Below are positions 1 through 8,883 of a DNA stretch of 45,351 bases, one piece after another; the stretch's first letter is position 1; the number at the start of each line of letters is the position of its first letter. The translations under genes were made by a program, and so were the position numbers. Below the pieces are notes generated by a model, which saw only the letters and a program-made list of their open reading frames with translations, ran no database searches and had not been told where the DNA came from. The stretch spans positions 1 to 45,351 of the IMG/VR virus record IMGVR_UViG_3300028384_000673, one strand, 5' to 3'. Origin of the DNA: a virus.

Positions 1-651
1 ATGTCAAAACATCCTGCTGTAATGGGACCTCACATTTTAGATGCTTGTCAAAAATTCCTTCCATTTGAAGGATGTAGAGTGTTAGATCCTTTTGCGGGTT
101 TAGGAACAACCGCAAAACTACTACCAGAGTATGATGTAGTTGGCGTTGAAATAGAAAAAGAATGGGCTGATCAGTATGAGAAAACAATCTGTGGCGATTC
201 TTTAATCGTTGTCCCTACTCTTGAAAAATTTGATGCTGTTTTAACCAGTCCAACATATGGAAATCGTATGGCTGATGATTTTGAAGCATCTGATAAATCT
301 AAAAGAATAACCTATCGCCACAAATTGGGCAGAAAATTATCAGAAGGAACAACATCTAATTTGCATTATGGTAGAAAAAATAAAAAGTATGAAGACTTAC
401 ATACTAAAATTTGGAAAGTGTGCGTTGATGCCTTGAAGGATAATGGTGTTTTTATTTTGAACTGTAAAGATTTTATTTCTTCTGGGACAGTTATGGAAGT
501 GACCCAGTGGCACATCAAAACTCTTGAAGGATATGGGATGAGTGTGGTAGAATCTATTCGTGTTCCATCAAGAGGAATGCGATTTGGATCAAACTCTCAA
601 CAAAGAATTGATTATGAAAACGTCGTCTGTCTCCAAAAACTTCCAATCTGA
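1..651 (+). CDS. DNA amino-methyltransferase (N4-cytosine/N6-adenine), compact
   Basis: HPA, SAM-binding DPFAGLGTT (motif I), GVEIE (II), GDS (III), catalytic TSPTY (SPPY-like motif IV), LKDNGVFILN (V/VI). Confidence 0.85.
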   Translation: MSKHPAVMGPHILDACQKFLPFEGCRVLDPFAGLGTTAKLLPEYDVVGVEIEKEWADQYEKTICGDSLIVVPTLEKFDAVLTSPTYGNRMADDFEASDKSKRITYRHKLGRKLSEGTTSNLHYGRKNKKYEDLHTKIWKVCVDALKDNGVFILNCKDFISSGTVMEVTQWHIKTLEGYGMSVVESIRVPSRGMRFGSNSQQRIDYENVVCLQKLPI

Positions 652-1054
652 AAGCACAGCATCTGGTGATGAATTTGAGCGTATTGTTAATGAGGATTTG
701 ATTAGTAAAGGATATACCATTCTAGAATCAAACGTAAAAATTCCTGGTATTGGAATCAACGTTGATTACATTGCAGAAAAAGATGGAGTTAAAGAATATG
801 GTGAAGACAAAGGTGGTAAGTCTGGTGGAAAAAAACGACCAGGAGCTCAACGCACAGATAACGTAAAGAAAGCAATTTGTAACGGTGCTCTCTTAAAAGC
901 AAAGTATCCAGATGCAAAATATGTTATTTACTTTTCCGCAAAACCAAAGGAAGGTAATTCTTCTGATGAAATGATTAAAACTGCTATTGAGGCGGGATAT
1001 GTTGATGAGGTTCGTTATTTGTCTTACAAAGATTTGGGTAGAATGACTTATTGA
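614..1054 (+). CDS. PD-(D/E)xK restriction-endonuclease-like protein
   Basis: G-x-x-FE helix (SGDEFE), VD...EDK motif; ATG at 614 overlaps the 3' end of the MTase gene. Confidence 0.65.
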   Translation: MKTSSVSKNFQSESTASGDEFERIVNEDLISKGYTILESNVKIPGIGINVDYIAEKDGVKEYGEDKGGKSGGKKRPGAQRTDNVKKAICNGALLKAKYPDAKYVIYFSAKPKEGNSSDEMIKTAIEAGYVDEVRYLSYKDLGRMTY

Positions 1055-1084
1055 CTATTGCTGTAAAGTTATGTAAACTAAATA
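1051..1084 (+). promoter_or_regulatory. psbD promoter: sigma70-like TTGACT-17-TAAACT, overlapping HLR1-like repeat and late-type CTAAATA
   Basis: TTGACT 1051-1056, TAAACT 1074-1079; minus strand reads TTTACATA-AC-TTTACAGC; CTAAATA 1078-1084; GGAGG RBS before ATG 1106. Confidence 0.6.
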
Positions 1085-1105
1085 TGTTAGATTACTACGG
1101 AGGTC

Positions 1106-1893
1106 ATGGCTTCTTCTACTCTTTCCCCGCCCATTTCACAACGAGGTTGGTTCGATGTCCTTGATGACTGGCTTAAACGAGATCGCTTTGTCTTTGTGGG
1201 TTGGTCTGGACTCCTTCTTTTTCCCACTGCTTATCTGGCCATTGGTGGCTGGCTTACTGGGCAATCGCTTTCTCTGGTCCTATTGCTGTCTTTGTCTCTG
1301 TTTTCCTTATCTACCCTCTGGGTCAAAGCAGTTGGTTCTTTGCTCCATCCTTCGGTGTCTCAGCAATCTTCCGCTTCCTACTCTTCCTCCAAGGATTTCA
1401 TAATTGGACCCTGAATCCCTTCCACATGATGGGTGTAGCAGGTATCCTGGGTGGTGCGTTGCTAAGTGCCATTCATGGTGTTACAGTAGAGAACACTCTG
1501 TATCAAGATGGTGAACAAGCAAACACATTTAAGGCATTCGATAGCACACAGGAAGAAGAAACTTACTCGATGGTTACAGCGAACCGTTATTGGTCGCAGA
1601 TTTTCGGGATCGCGTTTAGCAACAAAAGGTGGCTTCATTTCTTTATGTTGTTTGTTCCTGTTATGGGTCTCTGGACTTCATCCATTGGCATTATTGGTCT
1701 TGCCCTCAATCTCCGTGCTTACGATTTTGTTTCTCAGGAACTGAGAGCAGCAGAAGATCCAGAGTTCGAGACGTTCTACACTAAGAACATCCTTCTCAAT
1801 GAAGGTCTTCGTGCCTGGATGGCACCAGTGGATCAACCACATGAGCAGTTTGTATTTCCAGAGGAAGTTCTTCCGAGAGGCAATGCTCTATAA
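1106..1893 (+). pseudogene. psbD: photosystem II D2 protein with an internal deletion of about 91 codons and a frameshift at 1260/1261
   Basis: N-terminus [40 protein letters not shown] in one frame; [11 protein letters not shown]...[12 protein letters not shown] in another; the intervening TTFVTSW...IRPYN segment is absent. Confidence 0.9.
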
Positions 1894-1896
1894 ATA
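1889..1896 (+). promoter_or_regulatory. T4-type late promoter
   Basis: TATAAATA overlapping the psbD stop. Confidence 0.65.
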
Positions 1897-1952
1897 GATA
1901 CGTCGTCGCCGCTAAACTCGCTGGCAAAATCCAGTAGAGTGTGCTATACTTT

Positions 1953-1976
1953 GAGGGTCTTAGGACCCTCTTTTTT
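1953..1976 (+). terminator. intrinsic terminator
   Basis: GAGGGTC-TTAG-GACCCTC followed by T6. Confidence 0.8.
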
Positions 1977-2630
1977 ATGCTCAAATATATCCTACCTGCT
2001 TTACTGTTGGGAGCACCAGCAATGGCAGAACCCACTAAGGGATACTTCACCATGGATGCCATGGGGTGTATGCTCTTGAAAGAATGCACCAAAGATGTAG
2101 AACGCATCTACTCATCTGGCGATCTTCGTGCAGCATTTCCTGATTCTGATTGGGATGCAGTTGCTAATGAGTTTGACCAGATCATGGTTGCTTTCGGGCA
2201 GATTGGTGTTGATGTTCACCTTGCTGATGAAAAGTATTTCCCTGTTGGTCATCGTGGTGTTTATCATACTGTGAGTAATCACTTTTATCTCAACAGGACA
2301 TATGTACATCGTCCTCATGTACTCATGAGTGTTGTACGTCATGAAGGGTGGCACGCTGCACAAGATTGTATGGCAGGTACGATCAAAAATAATATGATTG
2401 CTATCATCAAACCTGAGGAAGATGTTCCTGAGATCTGGCAAGAGATGGTGCGTCGTACATATCCACCACAAGCACAACCTTGGGAGAAGGAAGCAACCTG
2501 GGCAGGTAAGACTGAGGGTATGACTCAGAAGGCACTTGAATCCTGTGCTCGTGGTACTATGTGGACTGACTATGAACCAACACCTTTAACAAGACAGTGG
2601 TTGGAAGAGAATAAATATATCGATAAGTGA
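1977..2630 (+). CDS. exported zincin-like (HExxH) conserved cyanophage protein
   Basis: signal peptide MLKYILPALLLGAPAMA; VRHEGWHAAQDC with downstream EKEA. Confidence 0.65.
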   Translation: MLKYILPALLLGAPAMAEPTKGYFTMDAMGCMLLKECTKDVERIYSSGDLRAAFPDSDWDAVANEFDQIMVAFGQIGVDVHLADEKYFPVGHRGVYHTVSNHFYLNRTYVHRPHVLMSVVRHEGWHAAQDCMAGTIKNNMIAIIKPEEDVPEIWQEMVRRTYPPQAQPWEKEATWAGKTEGMTQKALESCARGTMWTDYEPTPLTRQWLEENKYIDK

Positions 2631-2638
2631 ATTGATAA

Positions 2639-5600
2639 ATGGTAGCGGGTAATCCTTGTTATGGTGGTGAAATTCCGAGTCTTCCGAGTCGGACTACTTC
2701 TGCTGCCAATAACTACAAAAGATCTAGACAAGGAACTATTCCTCTTGCCACTGTCACTCAACCTGGTGACAGCATTAGGATCACGGTAGGTCGTTGTTAT
2801 GAAGCAACTGAACCTGTTGTTACTAACACACCTGCCCCCGCTAATTCACCTAGGAATACTATTCCTAGACCACCTACTGTCAATGACAGCACACCACCAC
2901 CTGCTGCTACTGCTGCTGACCTCATCAGAAATATAGTTGATAACTGCTATGGTGATGGTGATGATATTCCTCTTACTCCATCAGACAAGGGTAGGTTCCC
3001 TCGCCGTAGGCAAGGGGAGGTTGAACCTGAACCACCGACACCACCAGGTGAAAGAATTCGTCAGATTGTAGACCAGTGCTACGGACCTGACATTCCGCTT
3101 ACTCCACGCCCTCCTGGACCCCCTAGGGAGCGTCAGGGAGAGCCTGACCCAACCCCACGTATTCTTCCTGGTCAGGTTATCAGGGACATCGTTGATCGAT
3201 GCTATCCTGCTGTTCCTGATATTGAACTGCCAGATGATGTTCCCGATGACGCTATCAGTGTCATCGATATGGAACCTCTTGGTCCTACGGAGTGGTTATG
3301 TGAATTGTTCCCTGATCTGTGGATCTGTAAGAACAAACCGATTGGTCCTATCATTCCTGTTGGTCCTCTTGGTCCTAAGATTCCTTTCCCTGATGATGAT
3401 GGTGATAATGATGACTGTAAAAGAGTCATGGAAGGATTGGAAGATGAAAGTGTACTGATTTCTTCTGACCCTATTGAAGCAGAACAAGGTATCTATTATG
3501 TGATAGAGACTGGTGAGAAGTTAAAATGTAGAGGTCTCTGGGAAGGTTCTATTGATGATGAAGAAGACGATGAAGAGGACTGGGAGAAATGTGTTAAGGA
3601 AGCAGTCTCATGTATCTTCAAACCTTATATCACTGGCACTTATAGAACTCCTGGTGCTGATTGTAGTACGTTCTACTTCCGTGGTCAAAACAGCACGACT
3701 GGTGAGATCTGTGTGCAGAACTGTTATCCTGAAAGAATTCCTATATATGAATACATCAACGGTAGTAGTCAATTAAACGTACAGATTACTCCCTTTGCTA
3801 ATGAGGTAGACGGCACAAATTCCAATCCCAGACACAGTAGTCGTGTTATGACTACTGACACTATGGGTAATTGGAATGGTGGCAAGGTTCCCATGGAAGG
3901 TGGTAATCGTTACTTCAATAGTACTAGCGAGCAGACTCATACTATGACTCTTGGTGGTGCTAGTATCACCTTCAAGGTCAAACCTGTCTTGGATGGTAAT
4001 GAGTATGACTCCACCTGGTGGGTAACTGGTTGGACTGGAAATCTTCCTTCGGAAGGAACTACTTCGACTTACACTTTCAGTGCTGGTAGAAACCAGATGA
4101 CTGTTGAGGCTGAGGTTATTGGTGGTGTGGTTGATGATCATAGGTATGGGTTTACTCCTACACCTGATCTAGCAGGATATTCTGCTGTATCTACTGAACC
4201 TGCTTTTTATATTCTTCAAGATCAGGCAGAAGGATCAATCCCTCTGTTTAGATTCTATTCTTCATCTACTACTGACACCTTCCTTACAACTAACCCAGGC
4301 AGACCTGACAGTAAAGGTACAGGTGAACGTGCCACAATGAATGCTGCGGGTATGTCCCAAGGTACGATTATGGGATATGTATATAAGGATCCTAGTAAAG
4401 CACTTTCTGCTCTGACTCCAAGAGAAAAAGCAATACCTCTACACAGATACTACAAAGGTACTAGAAGTGAATTGTCTGCTGAATTTAATAGTAGCAACAA
4501 CCTAGTTGTCAGTGGATCTGGTAGTGGTAGATTGAAGATTGAAGTTAAGTGGAATGACAACCCCAACACTGCTGGTGTTTCATTTCAAACTATCTCTTGT
4601 AATGGTTTCTCAGTCACGAGACAGGGTGAAAGAGGTAGTGCTAGTGGTCTGATTGATGTTACTGGTGGTCAAACCTACCAGGTAAACATTACTGGATACC
4701 AGGGAAGTTCACGACGTAATAACAATAAAGAACTATGTTTACGTGATGGGGATGGTAATGATTGTAATGCCAACGTAAAAATTGGTGGCATGACTGGTGG
4801 TTCTACTAATGGTGACCACAAGTATTCGACAGTGCTTACAGGTACACCATCTATTCCTGTTGCATATGAACCTACTAGGTTGTCATATAAGATTCAATCT
4901 AATCCTCAGGCACCTGCTGTTATTTCTTACCACGTTAAGAAGGGTAGTGCATCATTCCAAAACTCTTGGGGTGTAGCAATCGCCAATAAAGCAGGTGATC
5001 AGATCTATTGGGCAAGAGTTATCCAACAAAATGTCACCGAGAATATTGATCTTAGTCAGTACAAGATTCCTCAGTCTGTACTGAGACAGTATGTCGGTAA
5101 AGAAATTGTGTTCTTCCTTATCCCTGATGGAAACCGTAATGGAGTTCCTTCTGGCACTATCACATTCACTCAGTCTGGTGATGGATTTAAGCACAGTTCT
5201 TCTAACCAAAATGATTGGGTATTCTTCTCTAACAAGAACATGAACCCAGATAACCGTTCAAAGGTTAGGTATCAAGGCAACAACTGGCAGTGGTGGGAAG
5301 ATCTTCTTGATGGTGATGATGATTATGATGACTTCAAGATCTACTATGAGTTCACTCAACCAGGTGGATCATACGATTATGAAGGTATTCAGTGCTATGT
5401 CTTTGGTGAAGAAGCACCTGTACCAGTAAAGATTCCTGTTATTGTTAGAGAAACATGTACCGATCCACTCTTTGAATCTAACTTCAAAGATGTACATTTG
5501 GGTAGAGGTGGTTGTGGTGGACCAGTTCCTAATGAGGATAATGGAGCACCCACTATTGGAACATGTAGTGGTCCTTACGCTGTTGAGGTGAATAGGAATC

Positions 5601-7108
5601 AGACTATCAAAGCAACCAGATCAGCATCGCTAGAACTCAAAGCATATGGTGCATTTATTCAGGCACCAGAATCTGAGGAGTTGAAGTTTGCGATCCAGTT
5701 CCAAAAGAATGGATCTAATATCTTAGACAAGTCTTACAAGGTTGGTGATTGGCCACAGATTGGTCAGACTCTTGCAACAGTCAATGTTGCTGCTGATGAT
5801 ACCTTGACATTTAAGGTGTCTAATATCAGCAGAGGACCTGCTTTGGGTCATACATCTCTTGGTCTGATTTTGTATGAACCTTCTGAGGAACTGTTTGAAA
5901 AACCATGGCAGATGAGATTGTTCACTACACCTGCTGCTACTGAGGCACAGGGTCGTAGTACAACTAACTCTAACTCTCCCAATACATCTGATGATGTTAC
6001 TGGTGATGGTGATCAAGGACGTATTAAGAGACTTCAAATTCAACTTTGGGATCACAGATCAAAGGAGTGGTCTGGAAAAGTTAGAGTTTGGAGCAATGGT
6101 CAGGTTGACACCAACGATGACAATGGTCAAAGAGCACAATTTGATGACACATATTATGGTGGCAATGAATGGGCAGTTGGTAAAGACAATCGGTATAATA
6201 GGGATCTTGGTTTCTATGAAGACAGCAACAGTCGTAACAGTCACATCCTAAGTAGTCAGCATGACTCTGATGGTGAGTGGGTTGGTAGAGATGCTGAGCG
6301 AGGTATTTACTACAACACATTGTTTGAATGTGGTCGTGGTCTTATCTGCAAACCTAGTACAAACAGGGATAAACTAAATTCAAACAACTATTATCATCAC
6401 TCTAATGGTGATGGGTTTACATCATGGTTTGCTCAGGTTGGTATCTATGAAAATGCTGATGATGAGGATTGGGAAGATTATTTTGATTCTATTAACGGAT
6501 ACTATGCAACTGGTATTAACTCTGGTGGTGGATTTCCGAAAGGTAGTGCGGTAAACTCTAATGGTCAGTACAGTAAGATGTCCTTCATGCATGATTATGT
6601 GTTAGGATTGCAGGGGGCAGAAGAAAAACAGACTGACAATAACCCAACAGGCAAAATTAGACTTGCCTTCTGGCCTTACACTGTTGCAGATCAGTACTAT
6701 GATGAAGATGAAGATCCTCGCTATGGCAACTATATCTTCTGGGCTTGTGCGGTTGAGTGTTTTGATGTCCTAGATAGAGGGACTGCATATCAAGTGGGTC
6801 AAGAGTTCATTTACGAATGGCCACCACGGCAACCAGATAAACCTAAGTATCGGAATCGAGGGGGTAACTTTACTCCATATTATCCAAGGGATCCTGGTGG
6901 TGATGAGTCACTACCTGATGAGATTACTGTCAGCACCAGAGGTATCGAGGATCGTGTGTCTCGTTACTTTGATGAAGACACTTACACTCCTAGGGAAGTT
7001 ATCTATCAAGAGTCTCATAACAGGGACTCAAACCTCTGGTATATCTGTCAGAATGATCGTAAACTCGATCGAGTTAAATTCAAAATCACTATTGAAGAAG
7101 TAGAATGA
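2639..7108 (+). CDS. large (1489 aa) multi-domain, probably virion-associated protein
   Basis: Pro-rich N-terminal repeats IRxIVDxCY; PLFRFYS..TDTFLTT repeat-type domain; DUF4114-like WEDLLDGDDDYDDF. Confidence 0.7.
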   Translation: MVAGNPCYGGEIPSLPSRTTSAANNYKRSRQGTIPLATVTQPGDSIRITVGRCYEATEPVVTNTPAPANSPRNTIPRPPTVNDSTPPPAATAADLIRNIVDNCYGDGDDIPLTPSDKGRFPRRRQGEVEPEPPTPPGERIRQIVDQCYGPDIPLTPRPPGPPRERQGEPDPTPRILPGQVIRDIVDRCYPAVPDIELPDDVPDDAISVIDMEPLGPTEWLCELFPDLWICKNKPIGPIIPVGPLGPKIPFPDDDGDNDDCKRVMEGLEDESVLISSDPIEAEQGIYYVIETGEKLKCRGLWEGSIDDEEDDEEDWEKCVKEAVSCIFKPYITGTYRTPGADCSTFYFRGQNSTTGEICVQNCYPERIPIYEYINGSSQLNVQITPFANEVDGTNSNPRHSSRVMTTDTMGNWNGGKVPMEGGNRYFNSTSEQTHTMTLGGASITFKVKPVLDGNEYDSTWWVTGWTGNLPSEGTTSTYTFSAGRNQMTVEAEVIGGVVDDHRYGFTPTPDLAGYSAVSTEPAFYILQDQAEGSIPLFRFYSSSTTDTFLTTNPGRPDSKGTGERATMNAAGMSQGTIMGYVYKDPSKALSALTPREKAIPLHRYYKGTRSELSAEFNSSNNLVVSGSGSGRLKIEVKWNDNPNTAGVSFQTISCNGFSVTRQGERGSASGLIDVTGGQTYQVNITGYQGSSRRNNNKELCLRDGDGNDCNANVKIGGMTGGSTNGDHKYSTVLTGTPSIPVAYEPTRLSYKIQSNPQAPAVISYHVKKGSASFQNSWGVAIANKAGDQIYWARVIQQNVTENIDLSQYKIPQSVLRQYVGKEIVFFLIPDGNRNGVPSGTITFTQSGDGFKHSSSNQNDWVFFSNKNMNPDNRSKVRYQGNNWQWWEDLLDGDDDYDDFKIYYEFTQPGGSYDYEGIQCYVFGEEAPVPVKIPVIVRETCTDPLFESNFKDVHLGRGGCGGPVPNEDNGAPTIGTCSGPYAVEVNRNQTIKATRSASLELKAYGAFIQAPESEELKFAIQFQKNGSNILDKSYKVGDWPQIGQTLATVNVAADDTLTFKVSNISRGPALGHTSLGLILYEPSEELFEKPWQMRLFTTPAATEAQGRSTTNSNSPNTSDDVTGDGDQGRIKRLQIQLWDHRSKEWSGKVRVWSNGQVDTNDDNGQRAQFDDTYYGGNEWAVGKDNRYNRDLGFYEDSNSRNSHILSSQHDSDGEWVGRDAERGIYYNTLFECGRGLICKPSTNRDKLNSNNYYHHSNGDGFTSWFAQVGIYENADDEDWEDYFDSINGYYATGINSGGGFPKGSAVNSNGQYSKMSFMHDYVLGLQGAEEKQTDNNPTGKIRLAFWPYTVADQYYDEDEDPRYGNYIFWACAVECFDVLDRGTAYQVGQEFIYEWPPRQPDKPKYRNRGGNFTPYYPRDPGGDESLPDEITVSTRGIEDRVSRYFDEDTYTPREVIYQESHNRDSNLWYICQNDRKLDRVKFKITIEEVE

Positions 7109-7401
7109 GTCAAGGATTTGGTAATTCAGCGGCGGACAGGAGTCTTATGCACTCTGCCCGTCGTCTCAATGCACTGCGTAAGGTGCTGGAAAAGTATGAG
7201 CATGACCCTAAGGGGAAGAAGAAGATGCTCAAACACATGAAGAAGTACTACCATGGGTGGCGTGGAGAGCTTGACAGAATTGATATGAAGGATCTAGAAT
7301 CATTTCCTGCTCCCGAACAGGTCACCGTTGAACATGTTGAAGCGGAGAAACCTGTCACTGAGGAGCAGCAAGAACAGGTCAGAGAATACTTGCAAAAGTA
7401 A
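7105..7401 (+). CDS. hypothetical protein
   Basis: ATGA overlap with the upstream gene; 98 aa. Confidence 0.7.
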   Translation: MSQGFGNSAADRSLMHSARRLNALRKVLEKYEHDPKGKKKMLKHMKKYYHGWRGELDRIDMKDLESFPAPEQVTVEHVEAEKPVTEEQQEQVREYLQK

Positions 7402-7483
7402 TCTCAACTGTCACAAGGTATTGCGTTTTGTGACAATTACTGTTATACATACTGGGTGTCGCACACTGTGCTACACTATACAA

Positions 7484-7552
7484 GCGATCGGGACAACCCG
7501 ATCCTCCATCTGCGGGTATCCATTCCGCAAGTAACTTAAAGGTAAAACTACA
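7484..7552 (+). promoter_or_regulatory. structured 5' leader with two hairpins
   Basis: extended -10 TGcTACACT at 7469-7477; GATCGGG-ACAA-CCCGATC and TGCGG...CCGCA stems. Confidence 0.5.
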
Positions 7553-7921
7553 ATGATCAAAGCTACTCTTGCAGCACTCGCCGCTGCCCCCCTGTTCGCT
7601 GGTGCTGCTGTTGCAGGTCCCTATGTGAATATCGAAGCAAACTCAGGATTCACTGGCTCGGACTACAACGGCACCACGACAGACGCTCACATTGGATATG
7701 CTGGCACTGCTGGTGAAGATGTCTCCTGGTACGTCCAGGGTGGTCCTAGCCTGGTCGCTAATGATGGCGCTGATACCGAAACTGTCTTCTCTGGTAAGGC
7801 AGGTGCTTCGGTTGCTGCTACCGAGCGTCTCTCCCTCTACGGTGAAGTTTCGTTCGCAACTGGCATCGACGATGCTGACACTGGTTATGGCACCAAAGTG
7901 GGTGCAACCTTCTCCTTCTGA
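7553..7921 (+). CDS. small outer-membrane beta-barrel/porin-like protein
   Basis: signal peptide, amphipathic beta strands, terminal Phe (KVGATFSF). Confidence 0.7.
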   Translation: MIKATLAALAAAPLFAGAAVAGPYVNIEANSGFTGSDYNGTTTDAHIGYAGTAGEDVSWYVQGGPSLVANDGADTETVFSGKAGASVAATERLSLYGEVSFATGIDDADTGYGTKVGATFSF

Positions 7922-7943
7922 TATAAATCATACAACTAAATAC

Positions 7944-7967
7944 AGGGGGTCAATGACCCCCTTTTTT
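7944..7967 (+). terminator. intrinsic terminator
   Basis: AGGGGGTC-AAT-GACCCCCT followed by a T run. Confidence 0.8.
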
Positions 7968-7983
7968 ATTCTCTATAATAATC

Positions 7984-8235
7984 ATGGCAAAGAATCCTGG
8001 TGGCACCGTGATCTATACCCGTCCTGGGTGCCCGTACTGCACGAAGATCAAAGAGGTTTACAAGATGCGTGGATGGGCGTATACTGAATACGCACTCAAC
8101 CAGCAGTTCACTCGGGAACAGTTTAAGACTGAGTTTGGTCAGTCTGCAACCTTCCCTCAGGTTCTAATCAACGGAACCAAGATCGGTGGATGCACTGAGG
8201 CAATTAAATACCTACGTGAAGGCGCATTTCTCTGA
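7984..8235 (+). CDS. nrdC: glutaredoxin
   Basis: CPYC, TFPQV, IGG motifs. Confidence 0.92.
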   Translation: MAKNPGGTVIYTRPGCPYCTKIKEVYKMRGWAYTEYALNQQFTREQFKTEFGQSATFPQVLINGTKIGGCTEAIKYLREGAFL

Positions 8236-8612
8236 TGGCAGCATCTAACATTGATGAAGAAGAACTCTATCTCTTGGTTGACCGTGCCATTGACATGGCA
8301 ATGACAGAGCAAAAGTTCCTCTTTAAGATGGATACTTATTTGCGTGGAAACAAATGGACTCGACGTGCTACTAACATGTTCATCGAGTCCCAGACAGCAG
8401 CATCACTTAACGACATTATTCTGGAACTAGAAGGGTATATTAAGGGTGGTGACAAGACACTCCGAGAGGGGTATGGTTACCTCCCTAAACCCAAAGCACG
8501 AAAGATTAGAGATTATCTTTACAGTATTCTTAAAGAAGCATGGGATTATCATGCTGAACGTAAACCTGGTAGAAAACCAGGAACTAAGAACAGAAAGAAA
8601 CTGTCTAAATAA
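8235..8612 (+). CDS. conserved cyanophage hypothetical protein
   Basis: coupled to nrdC; LREGYGYLPKPKARKI motif. Confidence 0.75.
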   Translation: MAASNIDEEELYLLVDRAIDMAMTEQKFLFKMDTYLRGNKWTRRATNMFIESQTAASLNDIILELEGYIKGGDKTLREGYGYLPKPKARKIRDYLYSILKEAWDYHAERKPGRKPGTKNRKKLSK

Positions 8613-8635
8613 ACATATAACATAGGAGGTATGCT

Positions 8636-8881
8636 ATGGCAGACGTATCATTTCTTTACATTGCTTTCTTCCTGACTATCGGATCCTTCCTCCTAGGTGC
8701 TATTGCGGTTTGGAATTTGAAAGAGGTATACGATTCTTGGCGTGAACGTGCAGACTATGCACGAGTCATTATGCATCCTGAGATGTATGATGAAGACGGT
8801 GATCTAATCAACCCAGAGAACATGATTTACTTGCGTTACAATGGGTTTGATGATATGATGGATGACGAAGACGAAGACTGA
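8636..8881 (+). CDS. small membrane protein (DUF2973-like)
   Basis: N-terminal TM helix, HPEMYDEDG, AGGAGG RBS. Confidence 0.7.
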   Translation: MADVSFLYIAFFLTIGSFLLGAIAVWNLKEVYDSWRERADYARVIMHPEMYDEDGDLINPENMIYLRYNGFDDMMDDEDED

Positions 8882-8883
8882 TC

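Noticed and set aside
1201-1414. Intron or programmed frameshift explaining the split psbD; the 102-aa and 230-aa ORFs as real genes
   Set aside because: Sequence is missing rather than inserted, so recoding cannot restore D2; the TTG at 1201 has no RBS.
7409-7435. CRP or NtcA binding site
   Set aside because: Half-site orientation and spacing fit neither TGTGA-N6-TCACA nor GTA-N8-TAC.
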